Shown: positions 35,094-48,716, numbered from the stretch's first letter. The stretch: 64,000 nucleotides of DNA from Octopus bimaculoides (GCF_001194135.2 NC_068982.1:72583301-72647300), one strand, 5' to 3'. Numbers and translations are program-made. Notes: a model not told the origin generated them from the sequence alone.

Positions 35094-35837
35094 ACGAGAC
35101 TTCCATACACTTTCTGACTACTAAATTCACTCACAAGGCATTGATCAGCCTGGAGCTATAGCTGAAAATTCTTGCCCAAAGTGGAACTGAACCTGAAATC
35201 ATGTTTGCAAAGAGAGCTTTGTAACCACACAGCCCTGCCAGTGTCTGGTTGTGTGGTTGTAAGAAAAAAAAATGAAAAGAAAAAAGTACAATTTTGTTAG
35301 TTGGAGGTTCAAAACACAAATTTTATCATCTCAAGGCAAGATGGTGAATAATGTACAATGTCTATATATTGAATTCAATAATCATTATTCACATGATTGC
35401 CCAATTTTTTTTGGCCTTTTTTTGTTTTATTTTTAATTTTTTGTTTTTACATCTGCCTAATTTTACAGAGTTTTTCCCCCCATCATAACAACATCTGTGA
35501 AGACAAACTTTGTAATATTTTGACCTAAATACATTTAATCTATGCGAGTGCTCAGCTCAACTCCTCCCATAGGTATGGAGGAGAAGGCCATGTGAAAGCA
35601 CGCCACTCTATCTTCCCATGAAGATGAAATCTTTACTCCTGTCCTGGCAACCTAATGCATTCTGGGAACATTACTTATGTACCTTATCTCAGATTGTCAA
35701 TGGGGAGGAGAAAGAGAGACAAGGAGAGGAAAATAATGGCTTGAGCTATTCCAAAACCTACACTGTGACTGAGATCAAAAACTTCATAAACATCAAAAAA
35801 CAGGTGAGAGGAGAATGCAACTGAAAAACTAAAGAGA

Positions 35838-36119
35838 ATATGGCTGTGTGGTAAAGAAGTTTGCTTTGCAACCACAGAGTTTCAGGTTCAGTCCTACTGC
35901 ATGGCACCTCTTCCATTATGGTCCTGGGCTGACCAATGCCATAGGAGTTAATGCGGTAGAAGGAAACTGTGAGAAAGGAAGCCCACTGTATATATGTATG
36001 TGTGTCTTTGTGTTTGTTCTCGCCTCACCAACATTGTTTGACAACTGGTGTTGGTTTGTTTACATCTCTATAACTCAGAAGTTCAGCAAAATAGTTCCAG
36101 AGTTAAAAAAGCAAGTACC

Positions 36120-36151
<32 letters not shown>

Positions 36152-36232
36152 GCGTGTGTGTGTGTGTGTGTAAAAGGGTGACTTTGGCCCAGAATGGCCA
36201 CAATGCAATGACTGAGACAAGTAGGAGATAAA
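35838..36232 (+). mobile_element. CORE-SINE family B, near full length
   Basis: Head 'ggctgtgtggtaaagaagtttgctttgcaaccacagagtttcaggttcagtcc', tail 'cccagaatggccacaatgcaatgactgagacaagta'. Confidence 0.8.
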
Positions 36233-36489
36233 ATGATCTTGATGTTGCTTTGGAATTCTGTTTTCAAAAATATTAGGTCTAGAGTCAATCATATTACAAT
36301 ATCTCTAACTGGTTTCCGCTATTAATGAGTCCTAGAAATAAATGTAATCATCATCATCTTCATCATCATTTAACATCCATTTTCTATGCTGGCATGGGTT
36401 GGATAGTTTGACAGCATCTAATGACCCACATAAACTGCATCAAACTCACTCAACTGTTTCCTTTCTGTTTGTTTCACCAGAAGATACTT

Positions 36490-36965
36490 CTGGAGGTATG
36501 TCATCTCAAAAGATACAACACTGCACCTAAACCTGAGGCTGGTAGACTGCTACATTTTGCCTGTTGTCCTCTACTGGGCAAAGACTTGGACAATGTACAG
36601 AACAATGGAAAAAAGATAGATGCTCCTTAAGATGTGGACCTTGTGCAGATTGGGTAGAATAAACTGGAAAGACAGGGTAACATATGCTGCAGCACTAGAA
36701 AAGCTCACGGTCCAAAGACACCTATTGTCAAGAATCAAGTCCACAAAACTATCATATTCTGGACATTAGCGTTATTGCCCAAGACCATCCTGACAGGCAG
36801 TGTGGAAAAGAAAAGAGCAAGAGGTCATCAAATACATTTGTGGCCTAATGACATCAAAGAATGAACTGGAAATGAGAGCTGGCTGATTGCATACATGGAG
36901 CACAACACAGAGGGAAGTAGAGAGTCTCAGCAAATTGACCCTTGGACACAAGGAAAGTACCTGAC
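36490..36965 (+). pseudogene. RTE LINE 3' fragment (decayed)
   Basis: 'LRLVDCYILPVVLYWAKTWT', 'KMWTLCRLGRINWKDRVT', 'KLSYSGH', 'ILTGSVEKKRARGHQIHLWPNDIKE'. Confidence 0.75.
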
Positions 36966-37134
36966 TAGCTGAGGGCTTATTTCAAACTGACAATATCTGT
37001 ACTTAGTCCTTTATTTGGCAAGGACATGATCTAATCTATAGATATGAACCAAAAGCAATTAGGGCTTTTGGTCCTATCACCTTATATGGTAATGGTGAAT
37101 CTGGTCAATTCAGCAATAATAGTACTACTACAAT

Positions 37135-37735
37135 TGTGAGAGTAGTGGCCAAGTGGTTAGGGCGTTGTACTCATGATAAGGTCACGATTTTGATTCCCAG
37201 ACAGAGTGGTGTATTGTGTTCTTGTGCAAAAATGCTTCATTTCACATTGTTGCAGTTCACTCAACTGTAAATAAGTTCCAGCAAAGCTGGGAAGTTGATC
37301 CTATGTAGAGGTGAGGGGGAGTATTGTAATCTCAGTTACTTACATGCCATAGATACTGGGTTAAGCCTCATGAATCCAAGTACTCATGTCAGATCTCTGT
37401 CAGTATTACTATTTCATTATATCAAACATGTAAAGGTGCATGGCCCAGTGGTTAGAGCTTTGAGCTTACAATCGTGAGGTTGTGTTCTTGAGTAACACAC
37501 TTTATTTTATGTTGCTCCAGTTCACTCAGCTGTAGAAATGAGTTGCAATGTCACTGGTGCCAAGCTGTATCGGCCTTTGCTTTTCCCTTGGATAACATCG
37601 GTGGCATGGAGAGGGGAGGCTGGTATGCATGGGCAACTGCTGGTCTTCCATAAAAACAACCCTAGGTTGTGCATTTGCCAGTGAGGTGACTCTCCACCCA
37701 GACTTATACCTCAGAGGGGAACCTCTTAGGTATAC
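37135..37735 (+). mobile_element. Two SINE family C copies
   Basis: tRNA-like heads 'gtggccaagtggttagggcgttgtactcatgat' and 'gcccagtggttagagctttgagcttacaatcgtgagg', each followed by 'ttcac.ttg.tgcagttcactcagctgta.aaatgagtt'. Confidence 0.75.
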
Positions 37736-37878
37736 CCATTTATATGAAACAAGTACCATCATTTTCACCAATATGTTGAAGCTCACGGCAAAGATTTAGT
37801 CCCAGGGTTTAACATGTTTAAAGCAGTTCAGGATGTAGAGTAGAAGAAAGTGGAGAAGTTATTAATTAGTATTTAGCT

Positions 37879-38102
37879 TTAACCCTCTTTGTTCCTGTAT
37901 TTCATCTGAAATATACTGCCGTTCTCTATAATTTCAGAAATAATGAAAAATTTAAAATAACTTTGTCCTTATTTACATGGTTTATGGAACATAAATCAGC
38001 ATGAAATTTCGCAAGACAGTTTTAATTTAGATCACTTCAAGCATGATGTTTGTCTCATAGAACCAAGGGTGGTCTTACAGGATTTGGTATCAAAGGGGTT
38101 AA
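37879..38102. mobile_element. TTAA-type MITE family P2 (reverse orientation)
   Basis: ttaaccctcttt..caaaggggttaa. Its reverse complement matches 62656-62871. Confidence 0.8.
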
Positions 38103-38412
38103 ACCATGCATATAGAGCATTAACGTATAAAGAGAAGCAAGATTCAATGAACAACTGATATCTTTTTACATGCTGTGCCAACATATGGTGGGAAGCTGGA
38201 GGTTAATGACTGGATCCTAGTTCCATCTATGTATATAACAGCAAAACTTGAGGGTCAAGTCTACATAACTTAGAGAACTTGGTAGAAAACTACCACGATA
38301 ATGTGTTAAAACCTTTTTGTTTAATTAAGTTTTGAAAATCAGTCCACTTGATCTAAGATAGTCAGTCCTTACAAAAGATCGCTAACCTTTGATGAAAAGA
38401 ATTACTCTATAT

Positions 38413-39134
38413 TAGTGTTTCTCAGCCATTCTTCACCTATGGACCCCTTTGATTCCTATTTTATTCCACTGGACCCTCACAGTCATTCAATATTTAAAAA
38501 AAATCCTATTACATTTTTATAATTAAATAATAATATTTAATTCATCATCTTCATCATCATCGTTTAACATCTGCTTTCCATGCTAGCATGGGTTGGACGA
38601 TTTGATTGAGGACTGGTGAACCAGGTGGTTACACCAGGCTCCAATCTGATTTGGCAGAGTTTCTACAGCTGGATGCCCTTCCTAACGCCAACCACTCCGA
38701 GAGTGTAGTGGGTGCTTTTACGTGCCACCAGTACGAAGGCCAGTCAGGTGGTACTGGCAACGGCCACACTCAAAATGGTGTCTTTTACGTGCCACCTGCA
38801 CGGGAGCCAGTCCAGCGGCACTGGCAATGATCTCGCTCGAATGTCCTTACACGTGCCACCAGCACAAGTGCCAGGGCACAGGTGCCATCACGATTGCGAT
38901 TTCACTTGCCTCAACAGGTCTTCACAAGCGGAGTTTAGTGTCCAACATAGGAAGGTACGCATCCTGGCAGAGGCCTTGGATTTAGGTCTCACTTGGCTTG
39001 CTGGGTCTTCTCACGCACAGCATATTTCCAAAGATCTCTGTATAATCAATTTTATTGCATATAAATTTTAACTTTAACTACAAAATCGCATATGGACCCT
39101 TAAGAGCCATATGGGGCCTAGTTGAGTATCACTG
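38413..39134. mobile_element. hAT-type MITE with 8-bp TSD, interrupted by a family D element
   Basis: Ends tagtgtttctcag and gttgagtatcactg. The TSD ctctatat is at 38405-38412 and 39135-39142. Confidence 0.85.
38545..39045 (-). mobile_element. Long variant of SINE-like family D with ~65-bp internal tandem units
   Basis: Starts (plus strand) catcatcatcgtttaacatctgctttccatgctagcatgggttgg and has three units with the core 'ttttacgtgccacc.gcac'. Closely similar to 60810-61260. Confidence 0.85.
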
Positions 39135-39154
39135 CTCTATATGAAGAGTTACAG

Positions 39155-39656
39155 GCATGGCTGTGTGGTAAGAAGTTTGCTTGTCAACCCTGTGGTTTTG
39201 GGTTTGGTTTCACTGTGTGACAGCTTAAGCAAATGTCTACTTCAGCTATGGAACAACAAATGTCTTGTGAGTGGAAATGGTAGACGGAAACTGAAAGAAG
39301 CCCATCAAATACATATGTAAATATATATATAAACATGTGTGTGTATTTTTTTGCGTCTGTTCCTCTACCATTTGACAACTGGTGTTTTTTAACATTCCCG
39401 TAACTTAGCAGTTCAGCAAAGGATATTGATAGAACAAGTACCAGATGTTAAAAAAAAGTAAATACTGGGATCGATTTGTTCGAGTAAACACTTCAAGGCT
39501 ATGCCCCAGCATGGCTGTAATCCAATGACTGAGACAAGTAAAAGATAAAAAATATACTCTTCTGACCTATGACAGAAACAGAATGTACAATAAAAACTTG
39601 TAAGTGAATTTAGTTGCTGGAACTGAAAAAAGCCTGTTCAGAGTATATATACATAC

Positions 39657-39688
<32 letters not shown>

Positions 39689-40170
39689 GAAAGAAGCTCA
39701 TCGTATATAGATATATAGATATATATATATATATATGTATGTGTGTTTGTCCCCCCACCATCGCTTGACAACCGATGGTGGTGTGTTTACGTCCCCGTAA
39801 CTTAGCGGCTCGGCAAAAGAGACCGATAGAATAAGTACTAGGCTTCCAAAGAATAAGTCCTGGGGTCGATTTGCTCGACTAAAGGCAGTGCTCCAACATG
39901 GCCGCAGTCAAATGACTGAAACAAGTAAAAGAGTAAAAGAGTATATATATATTATGTGTGTGTGTCCTACCATTGCTTGACAACTGGTGCTAGTCTGTTT
40001 ATGTCCCCGTAACTTGGTGGTTTGACAAAAGAGATTGATAGAATAAGTACCAGGTTTTACAAAAAAAAAAAAAATAAGTACTGTGGTTGATAAGTTCAAC
40101 TAAAATTCTTCAAGGCAGTGCTCCAGCATGACCGCAGTCTAATGAGTGAAACAAGTAAAAGATAAAAGAT
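39155..40170 (+). mobile_element. Tandem CORE-SINE family B: one full copy plus two 3' halves
   Basis: Three blocks of 'ttgacaac.g.tg.t.gt.tgttta.gtccc.gtaactt.g.ggtt..caaaaga..gatagaataagtac..cca.catg..cgcagtc.aatga.tgaaacaagtaaaaga'. Confidence 0.85.
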
Positions 40171-41064
40171 TGATGATAAAGATGATGATGATGGTGGCGG
40201 CAGCGGTGGTGGTGATGATGATGACAAGACTAGAGGTGTGGTGCACTATAAAAATGAAAACTAAGAACCATTTGTTGAAACCACACCTCATAAACTTGGG
40301 TCAAAGAACTGCCATGATGTTAGATTAGATTACAAGAATTGTAGGAAGTTTGACTTCCAAAAATAGAATTTAAAAAAATGAAGAAAAAAAAAATATGAAA
40401 ATGGTTAGCTGGAGAGGAATTTTGTAGAAAGGAGAGAGGGAGGAAGAGAGAAAAGAGGTCAGGCATTGAAAAGAAGAAAAAAACTTAAAGAAAATTTGTC
40501 TTTTTTTCTTTTATTTATTATTATTATTTTAATTATATTTAATATCATAATGCCATGTGACTGGAACAGACCGTTCTCCAAAGGAAGAATATTCTTTGAT
40601 AAGATTCAAACATCTGTTTAATCCAGTTTCTTCGTATCTATTACACTAGAAATATTGTTACTAAGGCCTTATTGACAATAATTTGCTTCTTCTCTACTGT
40701 CAACAACAATGAGGGGGGTCCTTATGTAGTCACTTGACTTACAGGAAACAGCAGCTAAATTCTTCTTAAAAATTACACCATACCTTCTTCAAAAGAGAGA
40801 TTGGATGATAGACTCCTGGGTATACAAATGTTTGAAAGAAACAGATTGCTATGGCTAGAAGGTCTGTGATTTTAGGTCTGCTTCATCAGAAGCCAACTGG
40901 ACGGGGCTAAACAATGTTATAGCCATGACAAGTGAACACGGTTAACACACAGCTCTGTATTGTATCAATATAAAGGATCATTTAGAATCAAGGATTTGTA
41001 ATGGCTTTCATGAAATCAACAAATTTAATTGGTTTAATTTAGAGATAATTGTATAAATGTAGGT

Positions 41065-41420
41065 GCAAACATGGATGTGTAGTTAAGAAGCTCACTTTGC
41101 AACTACATGGTTTGGTGTTCAGTCCCACTGTGTGGCATCTTGGGCAAATAGCTTCAATTATAGCCCAGGGTCAAATGTTGCCTTGTGAATGAATTTGGTA
41201 GATGGAAACTATTTGTGTGTGTGGTTGTCTCCCTGCTGCTTGATAACATGTCTTTTTTTTTTACGTCCCTGTGACTTAGTGGTTTAGCAAAAGGGTCCAA
41301 TAGAATAGATACAAGAAACAAAAATATGTTCAGGGGTTGATTTGTTTGACTACACTTTTCAAGGCACTGCCCCAGTATGGCTGCAGTCCAATGCTTGAAA
41401 TAAGTATAAAATAAAAGATA
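41065..41420 (+). mobile_element. CORE-SINE family B
   Basis: Head 'catggatgtgtagttaagaagctcactttgcaactacatggtttggtgttcagtccc', CORE 'tcttgggcaaata', tail 'cccagtatggctgcagtccaatgcttgaaataagtataa'. Confidence 0.8.
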
Positions 41421-42789
41421 AAAAAATAACTATAGCAGAAGAGTTGATCCTTCAGAATTTTGGTTTTATGTAGAATTAGGGAATTGGTGATGTCTTTACC
41501 AGTCTGCTATGATAGACAATGGTACTGGGTCATGATGTCTTTAAAAGTCTGCTATGAGAGACAACAGTGTTGGGGCATTAAGACTAAAAACAACAAAGGA
41601 GCTGCATAAAAATGAGTTTCATCAACTTATGCTGACATACAGATTAGAGAGACTAGTGAATAGAAAACATACATACTGAAGCATTAATTCAAAGGTCTCA
41701 AGTTCAATATTTACTATGAGAGTGTAGCAGATTTGAAACCAAATCACTGGACAGCTGTATGGATGCCATGTTGAGATCACTATCGTTTCACATGATTGGC
41801 TGATTAACTGACCAATCAGTGTCAAGCTTTCTAGAACCTTCTAATGTGCCTAATAAAAGGTGTATTTTTGGCAGTAACTTCAGAATGCTGAGACAGTTGT
41901 TTTAACAACTCCATTCTCTGGCTGTGCACACTGAAGGTACAGATTCACTGTCATGGATTTAGCATGATATTTCCACAATTCTGATGACCTAGTCATAGAT
42001 TGATACATATCAGCTATTTTGTTATAGAACCCAGAGTTTGTCTCTCCCTAGAGTGTACAAATTGTTGCTTTTTGTTGCTTTTATTCTTTATCCAAAGGCC
42101 AACATAGAAAACACTATATGCAGTAAATACAGCTTCTGTTAATTGTTTGTGTGTATTGTTTATCCTTTTACTCACAGCCAACAAGCAAACACAACCATGT
42201 GACAAAAGTATTGTTTTTGTGTTTGACATGAACACAATTTCTGTGTGTTACAATTCATCTAACTGTTCAGATATCTTTTTTGCTTTTATTGTTATGAAGA
42301 AAATTGTAGTGTTCTAATAATTTATAGGATCTCCAAGACTGGTGGGAGAGAGAGAGAGAGAGAGAGAAAGAGAATTACCCCAAAACTGGAGATCTGGTTT
42401 GAATGTTTGCAGCAGAGTGACCAGCACTAAAGGCACCAGAGTACCGGGTGGTGATGTTAAGCTGGGCAATGGTCTACCACCTATGTACACCATGTCAGTA
42501 TTTGAACTCTGCATGCAATGAGCTGAAATATCAGACCCTTGCATTGAGGACAAAGTAATTGATATATTGGTGGTGCATCAAAACATAAAAGAAAAAGCAC
42601 TAAGTATATTCTGTAAAGTGGTGGGTGTGAGGAAGGGCATCCAGTTGTAGAAACCACACCAAAAATGAAACAACTGCGACGTGGTCCTTCCAACTCATCT
42701 AAGTGCACCACTAAATCTGTGCTGACACCAATTATTATAATCCATCCAGCCTGTGCCAGCATGGAGAGTAAAAAGAAAAGGTAAAGTTT

Positions 42790-43035
42790 CCTTTTTGAGT
42801 CATACTGACTAATAAGGGTCTGTTTCTTGATTTTCAAGGCGTATATATTCCCCACCCGGACAGGATGCCAGTCTATCACAGGGTTACTCATTTTTTGCCA
42901 GTTGAATGGACTGGAGCAATGTGAAATGAAGTGTTTTGCTCAAGAACACAATGTGTCACCTGGTCCTGGAACTGAAACCACAATCTTACGACTATGAGTC
43001 TGACACCCTAATCACTGAACTACATGTCTTCACCG
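42790..43035 (-). mobile_element. SINE family C
   Basis: 'catttttgccagttgaatggactggagcaatgtgaaatgaagtgttttgctcaagaacacaa..ccctaatcactgaactacatgtcttcac'. Confidence 0.75.
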
Positions 43036-43612
43036 GCATGGGAAGTGGAAGTAAAACAATAATGATGATGATGATGATGAACTACCAGGATAGTAGTAGC
43101 ACTCATTTTGGGTGAAGAGTCTAACAAAAGGTAAGTCAAAAGGTTTTTTAAAAATATATTATCATTTTTGCAATACCAACTGATTTTCTTCAAAAATACC
43201 CTGTTAGTCACAAGAGAATGCTGCTACTAAATACAAGTAAAAAAAAAACCATCCCCCAAAACAACCAACTGAATAGAAAAACAGAAATATTCATAAATAC
43301 TGTACCAGTAAAACAAAATCTGAAATAATTATATTTCTTGGCAGAAGTTTCCATATTTAAATAAAATTTTCCCTCTCATAGCCAAATGGAAACAATACAA
43401 TTTTTGTGATTTAAAACAAAATACACATGCAAAATACACACAACATATATACATGTATAACATATAGAGACACATGCATAACGAAAATGTAATGCATAAT
43501 TACATATCAAGCATAAAAATAGACATAACACTTTTACACTTAAATGAAAGATACACACACAACACCAACAATCACAAATGCAGAAACGAATGTATTTTAT
43601 ATATGTGTGTGT

Positions 43613-43652
<40 letters not shown>

Positions 43653-43704
43653 GCACACACTTCAATCTATATATCTCCTATTTCCCCCACCCTCTCTCTT
43701 TTTC

Positions 43705-43739
<35 letters not shown>

Positions 43740-44037
43740 CAGACTAACAACCACAAACACATGCTATATAAACACACACATACATGCTTAAAAATACACA
43801 TACATCACAACACATGTACCTCATACATGTTCATACAAACAAACAAACAACAATAAAAAAACAAAGAGGAGATGAAATTAAAATGGAACAAAACCGATGC
43901 CTAAAAGAGGATTGGGTATGCTGTCCAAAATACCAGAACAGAGCGCTGTGAAAGTTCCAATTAAAATGGTATTATTAGACAGACAAAAGAAATGGCAGGT
44001 TTCACACACAAAATACATGCAACAGATTGGCTATCTC

Positions 44038-44076
<39 letters not shown>

Positions 44077-44487
44077 TGTGTATACACACATACATGTTTG
44101 TTTATTTTTCACTTATTTATTTATCTGACTGCAGTACACTACTACGGTGTTGTTTGTTATATCAATGTTGGCATTAGTGGTAGTGGTGATGCTGGTACTG
44201 ATAGTTGCAATGGTAGTGAGCTAGATTTTTAAAAATAAATAAATAACACCCCTCATAAAAAAAAAAATTAAAAACCTAAAAATATAACAGGACTAAGGCA
44301 CAACACGACAGGGGAGTGGTGGTGGTGGGGCAGCGATTTATTGTTATATGACATGGTGTCAATCTGGTTTTATGAATATAATATTTATAAATACATGGTG
44401 ATGGGCATGGATGGAATGACTGTTAATAGTGCAGGCACTGAAGTAAAAGACAGGTGGGGGTGGGGTGAAACTACCCACACTCCAAAC

Positions 44488-44742
44488 TCATGTGGCATGA
44501 ATTGAAATGCATGTGGTGGAAGTGAAGCCACACGGACCCCTTCTACCAATTTCCTCTGCAAAGTAGGGATAAGGGCGGCCCATCAGAGAAATGAGCCCTG
44601 CTGGGTGGAGTGGCTGCTGCAGAGAGTGCCACTGGCCATTCTCCACAGCAATGCCATCGTGGTCATTACTGTGGGATGCAGCTGGGCACACCATTTGTTC
44701 GGCGTGGGGTGGAGAGATGTGGCTCATCACCCTCCCTGCCAT
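44488..44742 (-). CDS. Candidate coding segment of unknown product (84 aa from ATG 44742)
   Basis: A GC-rich, non-repetitive island in AT-rich DNA. The ATG has a strong Kozak-like context (aagATGG). Translation MAGRVMSHISPPHAEQMVCPAASHSNDHDGIAVENGQWHSLQQPLHPAGLISLMGRPYPYFAEEIGRRGPCGFTSTTCISIHAT. No domain is recognised. Confidence 0.3.
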   Translation of the reverse strand: MAGRVMSHISPPHAEQMVCPAASHSNDHDGIAVENGQWHSLQQPLHPAGLISLMGRPYPYFAEEIGRRGPCGFTSTTCISIHAT

Positions 44743-44823
44743 CTTCTGTTGCTTTATGCCCCCTTTTTTCTTTTCTTTCTTTTCTTTTCTTATCTGCTTT
44801 CTCCCCACCCTGTTTCTTTATAG

Positions 44824-45049
44824 TTAACCATTTAGCATTCAGATTACTGTCAAATGTGATGCTTATTTATTCACATTATTTTGAATTTACCATACATTAT
44901 CTTGTAGCTTTAAGATTTCAATGATGTTATTGTTTATTCTAAGAATGACATTGTAGGGTAGGTGCGAGAGGCCTGATCTGGCCAGTTTGAACATAAAACA
45001 GGAAGAATATTCGGACCTGATATGGCTGGTTTGAATACTAAAGGGGTAA
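44824..45049. mobile_element. TTAA-type MITE family P1
   Basis: ttaaccatttagcatt..aatactaaaggggtaa, colinear with 18800-19021. Confidence 0.85.
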
Positions 45050-45718
45050 GTGTCACAATTTAAAATAAACAATATTAAAAGAAAAAAGAATTTAAGAACT
45101 TACAAAAGGTCGTTAAAAATGTAAAAAAATTTTGAAATGAAAAAAAGAAACTACAGGTCATAGAGAGGAGAAAGAGTAAACAAGCAGAATAAGACAAGTA
45201 AAAAAGTATAGGAGATGACTAAAAAGCAATATTAAAAAGGAGAATCAGAGAATATGTATAAACCCAAGAGCAGTAAAAGGAGTTGCTGCTCCTAATTAGT
45301 ATGTGCAAGAATCTGTAACAGATCCTTTATCAAATATAAAACTCTATTTTCCTTTAAAAGACTTTGTGATCACATCAACGTCAGTATTATCAGAGGTATT
45401 AGCTTTATTGAATACGAAGGAAAGCCAGGTAGTGCCCATGGTTTGGGTAGAATGTGAACTTAGAGATGTGGCGAGTTGATATTTAGATATTTTAAAACTT
45501 CCAATTTGGCTCTCCAGCCTTGGAACTATTCCTGTCATTCTAAAAAAAATAGAATCAAGAAGTATTCATAACTGGCTTGCTTTATATGAGAGTAAAACAT
45601 AAATCTAGATCTTTATGATAGAAAAAAGAGAAAAGACAAGAGAGAGAGGGGGACAGAAAAAGGAAGTATAAGCAAGTGTATGAGTGAGAAAGGAAAGAAA
45701 TGAGAAAGAGAAATGAAA

Positions 45719-45754
<36 letters not shown>

Positions 45755-48244
45755 ACATTAGAGAAGATAAATCACTGTTTTTGAGCAAGAACAATGTAGT
45801 CCATTTAAGGAATTTCCCCAAAGAGTTGATATAATAAACCCTTCATATCTGATAGGGATTAATCAAATTAGAAATCAGAATCGAATCAAGTAACATTATC
45901 ATTGAGGGCTTTCTTTGAGTGGTTTATAAATTGCTGCCACTTAAATCAGATGGACAGTTATTTTAATGACTGATTTGTTGAATATTAGGGGATATAAAAG
46001 GGCAAATGTGCTTTATTAAAGTCTTGGGTTGACCAATGCATTCTGAGTGGAATTTGATAAATGGATACTGCATACTGCAAAAACTTATCATGTGTGTGCG
46101 CGTATAATTGTCATCATCATCATTTTAATGTTCAACTTTTCCATACGTGTATGGATTGGATGTAATTTGTTGAGAGATTTTCAATGGTTAGGTGCCTTTC
46201 TGTAGCCAACTGAACCTTCAACTGTATCAAGTTAGGTAATATTTCCCTTTGGCCAGGTATATTTTCATGGAAGACTGGAAATGAACAACACTGCCTGTAT
46301 GACAGTGATGTTTGTTTGCAACTATCATGCCATATCAAGATAAGGAGACACTAACACACACATAGGGCTATAGAAGGAAAAAAAAAAACACTTGCCCAAG
46401 GTGCTGTGCAGTGGGAATAAAGCCCAAACCATATAAGTGAGATAGAAACTTTTCAAGCACACAGCTATGCTTGTACTTGATATATATAATTTATTTAATA
46501 TCTGTTTTACCATGCTAACATGGGTTACACATGGAATTATTTGAGGCTGGATTTTACAGGCAGATGCTCTTATTGCCAATTCTTACCTGTTTCCTTTCAA
46601 GAAAAGGATTTTTTTTTTATTCTAGAGGCCTTTGAAAACAGAGAGTTACCAGTCATAACGTCAACATCACTATTGTTTCGTTACAGCAGTGACAAGTGGG
46701 GAATATCAGTAGTCACACATATTTGTATGCAGGGCTGGAACTAGGAAGTAAAGGGCCCAATTAGAGAATTGTTAGTGGGGTCCTCTTCTCTACATAAGAT
46801 GAAGATTGATGTTTTATCCTTCATGTAGTATGCCAATCCTAGTCAAAAAGTGTTGAGGGCTTGAGGCTCCACCATTAGCACAATGATATATTAAAAATTC
46901 ATCATAGTGTCCTCCGCTAGGGCTTCTCTTGACACAGGGCCCAATTTGAACAACTCTAATTAGCTTAAAACCAGCCTACACACTCATATACATGTATGAT
47001 GGGCTTCCTGGTTTCTTTCAATCAAATTCACTTATTAGGCATTTGTTAGGTTGGGGGTTATAGTAGAAGACATTTGCCTGAGTTATGGTGCAAGGGGATT
47101 GAACCTAAAACCATATGGTTGAGAACCACACAACCATGCTTGTGTCTAAGCCATTCATACACATCTCTTTTTTATTTTTTACTTGTTTCAGTCACTAGAC
47201 TGCAGAAATTCTGGGTCACCACCACAGAGAATTTTAGTCAAGCAAATCAATGCCAGTAGTTCTATTTTTAAAGCCTGGTACTTATTCTATCAATTGCTTT
47301 TGCTGAACTGCTAAGTTATGGGAGCACAAACACACCAACACCAGTTGTCAAGTGGCAGTGGAGTACAAATACACATGCTAAGACACACACACATATACAT
47401 TTTACATGCTAGCATGGGTTGGACAGGATTAGATGAGTTGCAGGATGCATTGATCTCCTATGTCAGCTTTGGTGTGGATATCCTTTTTAACACCTACTCA
47501 CACAAATAGATGCATGCACACCTGTGTCTGTCTCAATGTCTCTGAATTTATGCACCTGTGTTGGTGTTTATTCTCACCGACTAACAATTTGTGTTACGTT
47601 TTGGGTCCCTTCATGTCTCTAAACTTAGCGGTCTAACAGACAGAGATTGATAAGTATCTGGCTGAAATAAGTACTGGAGTCAATATGATTGACTGAATCC
47701 CCGAAGCATAGACACTGCTCAATAACTGAGACCAGTAAAAAAAAAAGCGTGTGTGCATGCATGTGTAAAGATGGATTAGGGTTAATCTAAACATTGTTAG
47801 CATTACATCTATGTAATGAAATAAATGAATAAAGAGAAAGAGAAAGAACCTAATTTGCTCAAACAATTCATGCAAAACCTATGAATCTGTCAAAGTAATT
47901 AAACTTCAGATGATTTGACACAGAACTGGAGTTGGAGACAGGATATAATGTGACAACACAGAGTAAATATATGAGTGAGCTAAGAGATTTTAAGATTTAT
48001 GTGCAAACATAACCACACACACGCAAACGTGCACACACACACATACACACTCGATTACATCGGAAAGAAATCCAACTGATTGGCTGAATTCACAAATCAG
48101 TGTACTGTAATTACTGGTACACAGACTTGCAGTTTCTATGTCGGCTTATAAGAAATGCACAAGGTGAGTCAATGATAAAGATATACTTGTCCAGCTTTCA
48201 TCTCTATTATTATTATTATTATTAGTAGTAGTAGTATTAATTAA

Positions 48245-48605
48245 TGAAAATTTTGGCATAGGGCCAGTAGTTTTTGAGGGGAGGGGAAGTCAATTACATT
48301 GACCCTAGTACTGACTGGTACTTATTTTATCAACCCGAAAGGATGAAAGGTAAAGTCAACCTTGGTGGAATTTGAACTCAGAATAAAGATGGATGAAATG
48401 CTGCTAAGCATTTTGCAGCATTTTGTCAATCTTTTTTACATTCTGAGTTCAAATTCTACCGAGGTCAACTTTGCATTTCATCCTTTCAGGGTCGATAAAA
48501 TAAGTACCAGTTGAGGGTTGATGTAATCGACCAGCCCCCTCCCCATATATTTCAAGCCTTGTGTCTATAATGGAATTATTAATAAGGTGGTGAACTGGCA
48601 GAATA
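48245..48605. mobile_element. Inverted pair of head-less SINE family A copies plus a head fragment
   Basis: The minus copy 48245-48420 abuts the plus copy 48421-48575, followed by 'aaggtggtgaactggcagaat'. Confidence 0.75.
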
Positions 48606-48716
48606 TCTTGCTCCTCTGTCATCTCCTTCATAAGGCTCAGTGTTCTGAAATCAGCCTTCAATACTTTGTCCTATGTCTTCCTGGGTTCTCCTTTTTCCAT
48701 GACTTCCATCATATAC

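Noticed and set aside
37135-37210. tRNA gene candidates (SINE heads here and at 18392-18664, 520-578)
   Set aside because: A/B boxes are present, but acceptor and anticodon stems do not close and the sequences continue into repeat bodies.
44750-44823. Strong polypyrimidine tract ending in TAG
   Set aside because: It is followed directly by the TTAA MITE terminus rather than exon-like sequence, so it is probably a (CTTT)n-type low-complexity tract.
46730-46978. Possible hAT MITE (cagggctgg..ccagcct)
   Set aside because: The termini are short and degenerate and no 8-bp TSD could be found.
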